DNA of 63,229 bases, the filler included, from Octopus bimaculoides (lineage: Eukaryota), in NCBI RefSeq assembly GCF_001194135.2. It is 7 parts of 6 records of this genome, joined end to end, with 100 filler letters (N's around TTAATTAATTAA, not from the genome) between each part and the next. Parts side by side here need not be neighbours in the genome. Positions count along the whole stretch, not along the records: positions 50,462 to 58,618 come from NC_068989.1; positions 58,719 to 61,837 come from NC_068981.1; positions 61,938 to 63,229 come from NC_068985.1; 4 more parts are not named here. One strand, written 5' to 3'. Every line of letters starts with the position of its first letter. The first letter of the stretch is position 1. Made by a program: the position numbers and the translations under genes. The notes below the pieces were generated by a model. It made no database searches, had not been told where the DNA came from, and was given only the letters and a program-made list of their open reading frames with translations. This document shows positions 50,631-62,693 of the stretch, in pieces.

Positions 50631-52503
50631 GGCCGCCATACTGTGAAGTCTCGGAAATTCGATGTTCCGTAAGTTGAAAATGTGTTTGTAATTTTTTCGG
50701 CTTTCTAAGGCGCCGTCTTCTCATTTCTGTTGTTATTACTACATTTCTGAGATTGTCTGGATTGCGCAGATAGTATTTTTGTATAGAAACACCCGCTGTT
50801 TTGCAGGGAGTGCGCATAAATAACTGTTGAATTTTAACTGCTTTCGGCAAAAACAAATATTTTGCAATTTTCAGTAATTTTTTAAAGATAGCTCATAGAG
50901 AAGCCATCATAATGTTCGATAAAAGATCACGCTTCTTGTCGGGGGAAATTGAGAACAAAGAAAGAATTGAGAATATCAACTTCGAATGGCCTAAACTTAA
51001 TGACGTCACCGAGGCGAAAAATGTTTCGTCTCTAAGCAACGTCAAACTTTCGGTGTCGACAACGAGAACAGCAACAACAACAACAGCAGCAGCAACATCA
51101 ACAATAATAACAACAACAATACGAAAGAAATGAAACATAAAAACGAAAATATCACCTCTGCGTCTTTTGCGTCAGCGGCAAGAAATATGGAAAGTTCCCA
51201 CACAGACGAAGAAGAATTAAAATTGGCAAGAAAAATTGTAAAAGGAGATGGGAGGAAGGTAGCTCTAAACCCTCCAGCCAACGTGACAGAAAGTATCGCA
51301 AGATGTACGATTACATACCGTTGCATCGGAGTTAAGTCTAGGCGGGTGGAAAATGCTCCCGAGAACGAAGTACAAAAATGTCTTGGGCGCGTATGGGAAC
51401 AAAAGACCCATATCACCCGAGTTTGGAACCATCGAGGAGAGATTTGAGACAGAAGAAAAAGCTAGATGTAATTCCGTAACCACCTTGAAGAATGACAGCT
51501 TTTTCTTAATCTCCAGCTATCACGGCCAACGTCTTTCCAAGGTTAGGGTACTGAATGTGCTGCCAGAAATATCCATTACCTGGTTAGTAGCGGCCATCTT
51601 GGCAGGTTTAGAAGAAGATGAAGCCACAATACTGGAGGTCAAGAGACTACCTAAGCAAAACTGGTTAGGTGTAGATATGGAACTGACCTTGCAATGCAAG
51701 CAGGACCATATCGACCAGCTGCTCGATCTAGTCGATCTCCCGGATGGTACTCACCTGTCAGTGTTCGTGGAGGATAGAAAACCAAGATGTCACAAATGTG
51801 GATCTGTAAAACACTTAAAGGTTTCCTGCCCTGAAACAATGGAAAATAAAGCCTCGTTACTGCCAACATTACAAATACCACAAGTGCAAAATCATAAACA
51901 TGTGTTCAAGACTCCCACACCTTGTGAGACACGCTTTTCCGCAGCTCGTCTCCTTGACAGAGATGCAGCCCTGGGTAAAGGATAGGCCGAGACTGGGATC
52001 CTGGCACTTAGAATGTCGTCAGGTCTTCACTGTCCTCTACAAATCGGGTAATAGGATCGGTGGATGTTCCACTTCAGATATTTAGAGAGGATTCGTAGCG
52101 GAAAAGTGCAACAACGTCCTCGGAAAGACTCTAGACGTCGATGAAAACGAACTGACAAATGTATTCCGGTGGACTTTCCGGTCGGGGGACTGTTAGGGAT
52201 AATTTCCAGATGTCTTTGGCCTGGCAGTGCTACCGGAGTGCGCTACCGATAAGAGATAAACTCTACAGGCACGGAAGTACTGTCAGGCGGGCTTGTTCGA
52301 GGTGCTCGCAGAGAGACGAAACCATTCTGCATGCACTCGTTCAGTGTCCGGGCATTGCTGACTTGTGGAGTTATGTTGAACAGCTGCTGTTGCATCTAGG
52401 ACAGAACCGTCTGTCATCCGAGTCCATAATGATGATTGCCCCACCGCCCTCCTTTAATCGGGCTGGCAAGGCAGTTTTCCTCTGTCTGATTGCTGTGAAG
52501 AAA
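50631..52503 (+). mobile_element. Tx1/L1-type non-LTR element, internally deleted (ORF1 plus ORF2 C-terminus only)
   Basis: ORF1 with CCHC knuckle CHKCGSVKHLKVSC; at about 51920 the frame switches to ORF2 C-terminal sequence with zf-RVT-like LAWQCYRSALPIRDKL..CSRC..ETILHALVQC; no endonuclease or RT motifs. Confidence 0.85.
50912..51920 (+). pseudogene. Tx1/L1-type ORF1 nucleic-acid-binding protein, frameshifted
   Basis: Three overlapping ORF pieces (50912-51133, 51130-51447, 51353-51985); CX2CX4HX4C motif. Confidence 0.75.
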
Positions 52504-52504
52504 G

Positions 52505-54395
52505 ATCATCTGCGGCTGTCTTCAGTTATGGCTTTATTGATCATTAGTTGATCTTTACAGCCGTATGACCTTTTGCAGCATCCCTTCTGCTCTTCTGGAA
52601 ACAAGTTGCTTTCTTCCAGGTGCTTGCTCATTCTCTGCGATATTATTGCAGTGAATGCTTTGTAAATTGTATGGATGCAAGATATTTGTCTGTAATTTTG
52701 TGGATTTGCCGTTTCAGTGGATTTGGGAATTAGGATAGTTTTCCCTTCCGTGAGTCATTCAGGCATTGTCTCTGGCTCTGCTAGTATGTCATTAAGTTTC
52801 TCAGCCAGCTTTTTATGTGTTCCTGTCAGAAATTTTAACCAGAAGGGGATCTTATCGTGCTTAGGTACCTTCCAGTTGCTTAGTTTTTGCAGCGTCTGGG
52901 TGACCTCTTCAGTTGTTACAGGGGTCCAGAGTTGTTCAGGTGCTGAGTTAGTTGTTTTGATAGACCTCTTCTGAGATTGTTCCTTCGCCGACCATATTTC
53001 TTTCCAAAATTCTTCCATTTCTTCTGCTGTTGGTGCTGCATTGATGTCTATTTTATTTTTGCTAAGTTCTTGGTAGAATCTTTTGGAGTTGGATTTGAAC
53101 TGTTTGTTTTGTCCAAAGAAGCGTTGGCGTTTCTCATACCGGCGGATCCTTTGTGCTTTGGCAAGGATATCTTGCTTTAGTTGTTCTTTTACCTCAGTTA
53201 AGCCTTTTTTTCTGAAATATTGTATTTGCACAGTATTTTTGTTCTCTTCTTGTTGCTTAGTAATGTTGATTGATTACTAGTTTCATTAAGGATAGACAAA
53301 TCTTTTCTCTTGTTTCCTTCTTTTTTTCTGGATATTATTTACCCACAGGGTTTGTTTGGGTAGTGATAATCCGGTTTGGATGGGTTTGAGGGCGTATCCA
53401 GCTTCTTTTGTGGCCAAAGTGGCTGCTGCATATATTATATCATTTATCCTGGTGATATTGACATTTGTTTCTGTGGTTATTAGTTCTGTGACGGCCAGGT
53501 TCATGCTATTTATAATTGATGTTGTTTTAGTATCAATTTTAATTTTTGGGAGGTACAATCGGTGGTCCATATTGAGATCTATGGCGTTCAAATTTTCGAT
53601 TATGCTGATTTTTAGAGTATCATAATCATTAGGTTCACTTTGACTGTTTCCAGGTTTTAGATTTTTTCATATTCCATCCTGTTCCTATGTTTGTCTGTGG
53701 TGTTCTGGTTTGGTGCATTTTGCACATCATTATACATTCCTACGGCCTGGGTTTGTTGTCTTTCGTTGTTTACTTCGCTTTTATTGGAAATGTTACGTCT
53801 GTCTTCGTGTTTTACAGTCCCAATACTTATATTATTTGGCATTGCTGTGTGGTTACTATCTACATTTTCCTGATGTATTTTCCCTTTTAAGTGTTCAGTT
53901 TCTGTTTCTGATTTTTTTTTGGGGGGGGAGAATATATCTTCGTATGGTAGCTAGTTTATTAGGGTTCATTGCTGTAGCCAAGTCTTTATTTAGGTTATTT
54001 TTCTTCCAGATTTTATATGTATATGTTGTGGTGTTTTCGTTCTTTGGGTAGAGCACTGCTGTAAAATAAGCGTGTAGGATTGAAATATATTCCTCACGTG
54101 TCCATTTATGCTTTTTTGATTTTATTTGCGGGACTTGGAGAATATCGTCTGGCCCTTTATTTTGACGATCATCATTTTCCTTCATTTCTGGTGTTAAATG
54201 GTTTTGCACATGTAGTTTTTCGTACTTTTTGTGTAACAAGTTTAGAGTATGTACTTCCCGATTGTTATTCTTGGGTTGAATAATACCGATGTTATTTAAT
54301 TTATCTTGAACTTTTATGCACATGGTGTTTGGGGACGGAGATGGTTTGGTGTTGATTGGATTGTAATGTGTCGAGCGTGTTTACATGTGCTGTGC
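52505..54395 (-). mobile_element. R4/Dong-type retrotransposon 5' half (N-terminus to early RT), disrupted
   Basis: KWTREEYISILHAY..AQRIRRYEKRQRFFGQNKQF..WLKFLTGTH..GKTILIPKS..NYRQISCIHTIYK..EEQKGCCKRSYGCKDQLMINKAITED; multiple stops and frameshifts. Confidence 0.9.
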
Positions 54396-54592
54396 GAGGA
54401 ATGGAGATGATATACAGTTAAAATACATCATTTCATTTGGAAAAATAGAAATAAATTTCAATGAGTATTACTCGGATTATAGTCCAACACTTTGTCAGTT
54501 ATTTTTGGCTCCATATGATGTCTTTATTCCCGATGTTTATGGATAGATTTCGGAGCAGTGTTTTATCGCTCTCACATGTTAAACTTCCCTGG

Positions 54593-54593
54593 T

Positions 54594-54675
<82 letters not shown>

Positions 54676-54702
54676 TATTATTATTACTATTATTATTATT
54701 AC

Positions 54703-54789
<87 letters not shown>

Positions 54790-54790
54790 C
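54593..54790. repeat. (TTA)n microsatellite
   Basis: Near-pure run; similar arrays at 36410-36575, 37390-37457 and 50474-50630. Confidence 0.95.
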
Positions 54791-54968
54791 ATTCAGTGAG
54801 AGAGCAGAGCATGCCATCAAAGTGACACCGGAGTACAAATATGCGAAGCCCAGTATACCCATTATGATTACCCGTCTGATAAGGGTACACCAGGCACATG
54901 CATCACAACCATATGTGCGCGACATGGTGATCTCATATCAAGATAAACAGCGCATAACCTTGCAGGGC
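54790..54968 (-). mobile_element. Family G 3' part ending in (TAA)n
   Basis: Shares accatatgtgcgc..catatcaagataaa.agcgcat with 40095-40215, whose end runs into sequence resembling the start of 23235. Confidence 0.55.
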
Positions 54969-55693
54969 ACATCAGAGTCTGTTGCCCGAAGGAAAGGGAG
55001 AAATGAACCGCAGCAACCACTAACACCACTACAACCACAATAACAACAGACACCACAAGGGCAGCAGCAGCTGCAGCAGAAACAGCAACAACACTAACAA
55101 AGACAATTGGACACAACAGCATCCACAAAAACCACTATGGCGATGACCAGGAATCTCTGTAGAAGAAAATGCAAACGAACTACTTACTTTGAAAACTAGC
55201 CAACGAGACAGTATGACTTTGTAAAGCTTGCTTCTTGCTTGATTCTTTGAAGTATTTCACAACAAATGTATAAAACTTCAATGCATAAGCCCTCGTTATG
55301 TAGAACACTAGAAATATCTTCATTATCTTCCTATTCAGATCCACAATTTCAACAATTAATTATCTCGCAGCACATAATGCAATAGTAATAACAACAAAAC
55401 AGCCACGATGAGTACACCACATAGACTACACAAATAAACTAACAAATCTACAATATGTAACATTGCGTAAAAAGAAAGATAATTTTGTAAAGTTAAAATA
55501 ACATTTCACAGACGACAGTCACATATAGTCATAGGAGGGTTACTCCATTCCACTATAGGCACAAGACCTGCAAGTTCCGGTGAGAGGATTAGTCGATTAC
55601 ATCTACCCCTGCACTCAACTGGTACTTATTTCACCAACCTAAAAAGGATGAGAGCAAAGCCAATTTCGGCGGAATTTGAACTCAGAACGTAAA

Positions 55694-56037
55694 ATGGGTA
55701 AAGACCCCCCTTCGGTCATGAATGACCATGGGATTGCTCCTAGAAAGTTACCCTCCAAGGCACAAGTATTGGGCAAGGTTGTGTATGGAAGACCAGCAGT
55801 CACCCATGCATACCAGCCTGCCCCTCTCCACGCCACCGATGTTGTCCAAGGAAAAGGCAAAGACCGATACAACTTCGCACCAGTGACGTCGCAACTCATT
55901 TCTAGAGCTAAGTGAACTGGAGCAGCGTGAAATAAAATGTCTTGTTCAAGAACACAACACACAGCCAGTCTGGGAATCGAACTCACTACCTCATGATTGT
56001 GAGTCCGACGCTTTAACCACTGAGCCATGCGCCTTCA
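55694..56037 (-). mobile_element. SINE family 3 (long form) nested in a SINE family 2 copy, 13-bp TSD
   Basis: CTC(A/G)GAACGTAAA at 55681-55693 and 56038-56050; tRNA head GGCGCATGGCTCAGTGGTTAAAGC..GAGTTCGATTCCC. Confidence 0.88.
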
Positions 56038-58366
56038 CTCGGAACGTAAAGAGGTACGAATTACCACTAAACATTTTGTCTGACGTGCTACCGATTCTGC
56101 CTTAGTCATAGAAGAGATAAAGTTGCAACCTCAATGCAGGATTCTACATATCCCAAATTTAGGACCCAGATAAGGTAGACCAGGACAGTTCACAGTTAAA
56201 TAAAGACACGAATAAAGACATATGTCTAGAATATAGGCCCACAAATTATACTTAAACGCTAATATGACACGACAATTCCCCAGACACACACGCATTCATT
56301 AAAAACCCTAGCAAAACAAAATATATTTAAATCTTAAAAACATACATTGGTGCAAGCATGACTCCGTAGTTACGAAGTTTGCTTCGCAATCACGTAGTTT
56401 GGGGTTCAGTCTCGCGGCATGGCACCATGGACAAGTGCCTTCTACTATATCTCTGAGCCTACCGCTGCCTTGGGCAAGTGTCTTCCAATAAAGCCTCTGG
56501 CCGACCACAGCCTTGTGAGTGTATTTGGTTGAAGAAAACTGAAAGAAAACCGTCTTGTACATACATACATATATATATACACACAGTAAAGTTTATTTGC
56601 CAACAGAATGTGGCTGTCCTACACATGACGATGTTACTGCTGTTTAGCCCTAGGAAAACATTTTTTCCAGCTTGCTACTGACACACAGTTTGTGTCCGTA
56701 TAGCATGAGCAAGGGAGTTTATCGCTCCTATCTCTAGCCTTCGTGATACTCACAGACCTAAGTTTCTGGATTCTATAAACAGCGGAGTTGAACTTTAGCA
56801 ACCGCTGTTGGTTTCTTTACGTTCATGTAACTTTGTGATTCGAGAAAAAGATACCAATAGAATGAATACCAGATTTAAAACATTCGTATCAATTAGTCCG
56901 CTTAAATCCTCCAAGGTATTTCCCCAGCATGGCCGCAGTCCGATGACTGAAATAAGTAAAAGAATAGGAGGAGTAGATGAAAAAAATACATACCATCACA
57001 ACTGTCGCCGCCACCACCACTGCTGCCAGTCGATGAATTGGATGGAAGGATTCTGCTCCCTGAATTCAAATTCTATCGAAGTCAACGTTGCCTTTCAATG
57101 CAGTGGATTGGTGGAACTGTAATGATATCGGGTCGGATGCCTTATGGCATTTGTTTCAACTCTTTGCATTCTGAGTTCAAATCCCACCATGATGTACTTG
57201 TGTGATAGACTCAATCAGTTTCCCCGATTTAACACCTTGAGTGCCTTTAGCAGAGTTCACTCTGTTGTAAACATTCGAGTCAGGTCTCCGGTTCTATTTA
57301 AGATACTATGCTTCCTATCTCCATGTTACTCGTCTAGGAGGCTCTAGATCATAGGCACTGCCTTCCCTCCTGACAGGAAAGTTTAAAAAAAAAACATCCC
57401 ATCAGTTTACATACTCCAACCACAACACGTAGCGCACACACGAACATCATTACTTAGCAGGGCCTCAATCTGAAAAACACACTGGAACAATAATACAGAA
57501 GACACCAAAGGTGTCATGGAAACAGCACAAACTTCGTTTGCATGTTAAACAGCCTTCACTGACACAACCACTTATTTCATCAAGTTAGCCAATTTCCAAA
57601 TTAGTTAGCTTGATGAGATATAACCAATCTCTTGATATTATTTTCTGCTCCACATCCTTAGCTACTATGATCACATAGCAAACAATTCTCTGCAGACTCT
57701 TTCTCCCTGACTACCTAATCATTATCACATCATAATCACACATCAATGGACAGGAGAAAATTCTTTCAAAAAAATTCAACAAGTCACGCTGGAAACATTT
57801 CCACCAATAGATAAGGATGTGGTTTGTGCAGTTCAATAATACTGCACTCACTAATATAGATGCTACAGTGAATATTACATTCAACAAAATAATCGTAGCA
57901 ATATCTGGATTACAATATAGAGAATTCAATCTGAATTACACAACTGAATTAGCCAAATAGATGAACGCTGGGAATAGTCTCAAACATAACAAGTCAGTAC
58001 TGTACACAGCAAAAATAAAACATCATCAGGAAACAAGACAAAGAAATAACTAAAAGCTCGAATAAAATTGACAAACACTTGTAGCCATCATGAAGTGCAA
58101 ACAATTAATAAAACCTTGTATAGTCATTAGCAACATCTGTAACGCTAACAACGACCACACCACATTTCCTGTCCAAGAAACAGCCAACACACACATACTC
58201 CACCACAGAAACGATAGAGAAACCCAAATACTCAATCACTTTACAATAAAATCAGAAACCTACACCTAAAATACCTAGGGTCTGAAGAATTAATTGCATA
58301 CTTCAATATCTCCAATTATTCATACCAACACTGCCAAAGCTCCTGAATCAGGAAATTATAGAATTA

Positions 58367-58457
58367 CTAGCAGAAATACCCGGCGTTGCCTGGGTTAAAG
58401 AGAATAATGAAATCTAAAAACGCCGTCTAGACTACGCATCATCTTTATATATAGAGA
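58367..58457 (-). mobile_element. Mini-Helitron (91 bp)
   Basis: Minus strand A|TCTCTATATATAAAG...CCCAGGCAACGCCGGG hairpin..CTAG|T: canonical TC/CTAG ends at an AT target. Confidence 0.8.
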
Positions 58458-58718
58458 TGTATATACACACACGCACCCAAACACACGTATATATATGTAT
58501 ATCAATATAAATATATGAAAGTCAATGAAGTTTCGTAAAAGAAGGTGATCATGTACATACTTTCTTGCTGTTGTGATTATAACACCTCGTTGTAAACAAT
58601 GTTCCTTGTTTTCCCTTGNNNNNNNNNNNNNNNNNNNNNNNNNNNNNNNNNNNNNNNNNNNNTTAATTAATTAANNNNNNNNNNNNNNNNNNNNNNNNNN
58701 NNNNNNNNNNNNNNNNNN

Positions 58719-58779
<61 letters not shown>

Positions 58780-59018
58780 TTGTGTTTGTGTGTGTATGTG
58801 TATCCTTTACTTGTTTCAGTCATTAGCTTGTGACCATGCTGGGATACCAACTTGGGGAGTTTTAGTGACACTAATCGACCCTAGCCCTTATTTTCTTTCA
58901 TGACTGGTACAAATAGAGAACCGGAGACATGCACAGATATATATATATATGTTAAATAAAATGCAATAGCAAAGCCAAGACAGTGTGAAATTCTAGGACA
59001 TTTATAAAGAGAACAGTA

Positions 59019-59066
59019 GTCTTACAGCTGTTTCAGGGATATGAAGGATATTCCTTCATCAGAGGC
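59019..59066 (-). ncRNA. Minimal type I hammerhead ribozyme (one mismatch each in stems I and II)
   Basis: GCCT CUGAUGA AGGAAUAU-CCUUC-AUAUCCCU GAA ACAGCUGU A AGAC. Confidence 0.7.
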
Positions 59067-59236
59067 GATATGAGAGAGTTAAATAGAGGGAACTAGTAGA
59101 GTTCAGTATAAGAAGTTATTTTGGAAAAGGAAAGATATAGGAAGTATAATGGGAACATGAGAATAAAAATATATGTTAGATGTTTATATTTTTATTTCTA
59201 TTCTTTTATTCTCTTATTTCCCTTTATACTTCCTAT

Positions 59237-59284
59237 GTCTCTGATGAAGGGGTAGCCCTCATATCCCTGAAACAGCTGTAAGAC
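59237..59284 (+). ncRNA. Minimal type I hammerhead ribozyme, apparently intact
   Basis: Stem I GUCU/AGAC, core CUGAUGA, 7-bp stem II AGGGGUA/UAUCCCU, GAAA, palindromic stem III ACAGCUGU, GUA triplet at 59278-59280. Confidence 0.8.
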
Positions 59285-59463
59285 TAGATTTCTCATTCTA
59301 AATTTCCTTGAAATTTCACACTGACTTGGCTTTGTTGTCGGTCACACAGGAGCCGCATTAGATTCCTCACTCATACTATTATCGAAACAGGAGTCTAACT
59401 ACGGTCCTTCCGTAGCACTTACATAGCCTTACCTACCATTTTGGGTTTTCTGGATACCAAAAC

Positions 59464-59519
<56 letters not shown>

Positions 59520-60375
59520 CGCACTTATACATACATTCGGACGTATTTTGGATGCATCCACCGAAACATGTGTAGGAGATATAAAGATATAAATGATTTA
59601 ATAACATCTTGAGCGTTTGTCTCCTTTTCTATTTTCCCTNNNNNNNNNNNNNNNNNNNNNNNNNNNNNNNNNNNNNNNNNNNNNNNNNNNNNNNNNNNNN
59701 NNNNNNNNNNNNNNNNNNNNNNNNNNNNNNNNNNNNNNNNNNNNNNNNNNNNNNNNNNNNNNNNNNNNNNNNNNNNNNNNNNNNNNNNNNNNNNNNNNNN
59801 NNNNNNNNNNNNNNNNNNNNNNNNNNNNNNNNNNNNNNNNNNNNNNNNNNNNNNNNNNNNNNNNNNNNNNNNNNNNNNNNNNNNNNNNNNNNNNNNNNNN
59901 NNNNNNNNNNNNNNNNNNNNNNNNNNNNNNNNNNNNNNNNNNNNNNNNNNNNNNNNNNNNNNNNNNNNNNNNNNNNNNNNNNNNNNNNNNNNNNNNNNNN
60001 NNNNNNNNNNNNNNNNNNNNNNNNNNNNNNNNNNNNNNNNNNNNNNNNNNNNNNNNNNNNNNNNNNNNNNNNNNNNNNNNNNNNNNNNNNNNNNNNNNNN
60101 NNNNNNNNNNNNNNNNNNNNNNNNNNNNNNNNNNNNNNNNNNNNNNNNNNNNNNNNNNNNNNNNNNNNNNNNNNNNNNNNNNNNNNNNNNNNNNNNNNNN
60201 NNNNNNNNNNNNNNNNNNNNNNNNNNNNNNNNNNNNNNNNNNNNNNNNNNNNNNNNNNNNNNNNNNNNNNNNNNNNNNNNNNNNNNNNNNNNNNNNNNNN
60301 NNNNNNNNNNNNNNNNNNNNNNNNNGTATAGGCCCAGGCCATGTCTAACTTAATAGCGCCACCTGGTGAAGTCTT

Positions 60376-60645
60376 TTAGTCATATATGGGCACTGTGGCC
60401 CACTCTAGCAAAGAGCTATAATCGTTGGCGACATATCCGGTTGTAGGAGGTTGGTCCAGGATTTTTTGAAGAAATTCCTCCAGTGAACTTTTGAAATTTA
60501 TGGGATCCGTTTCCGTTTTGACGTATTTTGGTATGGTATTAAAGAGAGCTGGACCGGATGAGGTAAAGTAACTGTGACGTAATGTTGCTATGTGTCCTGA
60601 GTTCGATTTTTTGTAGTGGGTGGATATCACGGTGCCAAGTCTTGG

Positions 60646-60648
<3 letters not shown>
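60376..60648 (-). mobile_element. CR1-type LINE 3' ORF fragment
   Basis: PRLG..GHIATLRHSYFTSSGPALFNTIPKYV..FKSSLEEFLQKILDQPPTTGY..SLLEW matches the typical CR1-group C-terminus. Confidence 0.8.
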
Positions 60649-60697
<49 letters not shown>

Positions 60698-61802
60698 ACA
60701 CACACNNNNNNNNNNNNNNNNNNNNNNNNNNNNNNNNNNNNNNNNNNNNNNNNNNNNNNNNNNNNNNNNNNNNNNNNNNNNNNNNNNNNNNNNNNNNNNN
60801 NNNNNNNNNNNNNNNNNNNNNNNNNNNNNNNNNNNNNNNNNNNNNNNNNNNNNNNNNNNNNNNNNNNNNNNNNNNNNNNNNNNNNNNNNNNNNNNNNNNN
60901 NNNNNNNNNNNNNNNNNNNNNNNNNNNNNNNNNNNNNNNNNNNNNNNNNNNNNNNNNNNNNNNNNNNNNNNNNNNNNNNNNNNNNNNNNNNNNNNNNNNN
61001 NNNNNNNNNNNNNNNNNNNNNNNNNNNNNNNNNNNNNNNNNNNNNNNNNNNNNNNNNNNNNNNNNNNNNNNNNNNNNNNNNNNNNNNNNNNNNNNNNNNN
61101 NNNNNNNNNNNNNNNNNNNNNNNNNNNNNNNNNNNNNNNNNNNNNNNNNNNNNNNNNNNNNNNNNNNNNNNNNNNNNNNNNNNNNNNNNNNNNNNNNNNN
61201 NNNNNNNNNNNNNNNNNNNNNNNNNNNNNNNNNNNNNNNNNNNNNNNNNNNNNNNNNNNNNNNNNNNNNNNNNNNNNNNNNNNNNNNNNNNNNNNNNNNN
61301 NNNNNNNNNNNNNNNNNNNNNNNNNNNNNNNNNNNNNNNNNNNNNNNNNNNNNNNNNNNNNNNNNNNNNNNNNNNNNNNNNNNNNNNNNNNNNNNNNNNN
61401 NNNNNNNNNNNNNNNNNNNNNNNNNNNNNNNNNNNNNNTGAATGCAAATATGTATACACACACACACACACACACATACATGCACACACACACACATACA
61501 TGCACACACACACACATACATGCACACACACACACATACATGCACACACACATAAAATGGGACAAAGACGCAATAGAGGGCGGCATTAAAACATTCGGAC
61601 AGATAGACGATACAAAGACGGACAAAAAAACAACAATTAGAAGGACAGGCAAAAAAAGACGGGTCATTCGTGGCCTTCTTTCCTCAGTCAAGGTACCAGA
61701 AGTCCTTACTGTTTCGGGCAGTTACACTTTAGACTGTTCAATCTGGTTGCCCCGCACCCAAAGTCTAAGCTAAGAGCATTAGACTTTTTGTAAGAAAGCG
61801 AG

Positions 61803-61837
<35 letters not shown>

Positions 61838-61989
61838 NNNNNNNNNNNNNNNNNNNNNNNNNNNNNNNNNNNNNNNNNNNNTTAATTAATTAANNNNNNN
61901 NNNNNNNNNNNNNNNNNNNNNNNNNNNNNNNNNNNNNCGGGATAAGATTTTGTGGTTGACATGAGATGCATCTTGGGCCAAAAACTAAC

Positions 61990-62215
61990 CTCACAGAGGC
62001 TGAAGTCATATAGGTGATTAAAGCACTCAAATGTCACAAGACAGATGAAGTGGATGAAATTTCACCTGAGATGTTAAGAAAATTAAAAAGAGAAGGTATT
62101 CTCTGGTTGATTTGTTTATAGCAGGTGGCATGGACTTCTGAAAGGACACCAAAACTGGCAGTCTGGGGTGATGATCCCAGTTTTGAAAAAGGGAGGGAAA
62201 ACTGAAGGAAACAAA
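61990..62215 (+). mobile_element. RTE-type RT N-terminal remnant
   Basis: EAEVI*VIKALKCHKTDEVDEISPEMLRKLKREGILWL..VAWTS, similar to the pre-RT region of RTE elements. Confidence 0.6.
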
Positions 62216-62271
62216 TGTTTGGACTAAGAATTCCTTGCTTTGTATATGTGTTATTCCTCGTGTTGAACTGC

Positions 62272-62522
62272 TAGGTTATGGGGATGTAAACACACCAACA
62301 TCTCTTGTCAAGTGATGGTGGTGGGACAAACACAGATATAATCACACACACACATCAATATATACATACGACTGGCTTCTTTCAGGTTCTGTGCACAAAA
62401 TTTACATGCAAGGCTTTGGTTTGTCCAAAGTCATTGTAGAGGACACTACTTAGGTGCCATGCAGCAGGACAGAGCCAGGAACTATGTGGCTGGGAAGCTA
62501 GTTTCTTACCACACAGCTAGGC
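62272..62522 (-). mobile_element. SINE family 1, CpG-decayed copy
   Basis: ggttatggggatgtaaac versus the agttacggggacgtaaac of young copies. Confidence 0.75.
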
Positions 62523-62527
62523 CTGTT

Positions 62528-62693
62528 TATCATCATCATCATCGTTTAACGTCCGCTTTCCATGCTAGCATGGGTTGGACGATTTGACTGAGGACTGGTG
62601 AAACCGGATGGCAACACCAGGCTCGAATCTAAATTTGGCAGAGTGTCTACAGTTGGATGCTCTTCCTAACGCCAACCACTCAGAGAGTGTAGT
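62528..62693 (-). mobile_element. SINE/LINE-tail family 4, young copy
   Basis: Only a few differences from 18033-18180; (CAT)n tail. Confidence 0.85.

Larger units (their letters stand above)
58969..59335. mobile_element. Fold-back element with two outward-facing hammerhead motifs (Penelope pLTR-like)
   Basis: Inverted arms 58969-59064 / 59239-59335 plus an inner hairpin 59138-59236. Confidence 0.8.

Noticed and set aside
12850-61773. Long ORFs rich in X, poly-I/Y/L/N, HT/CV or ER/LS repeats
   Set aside because: Produced by N gaps and microsatellites; no coding evidence.
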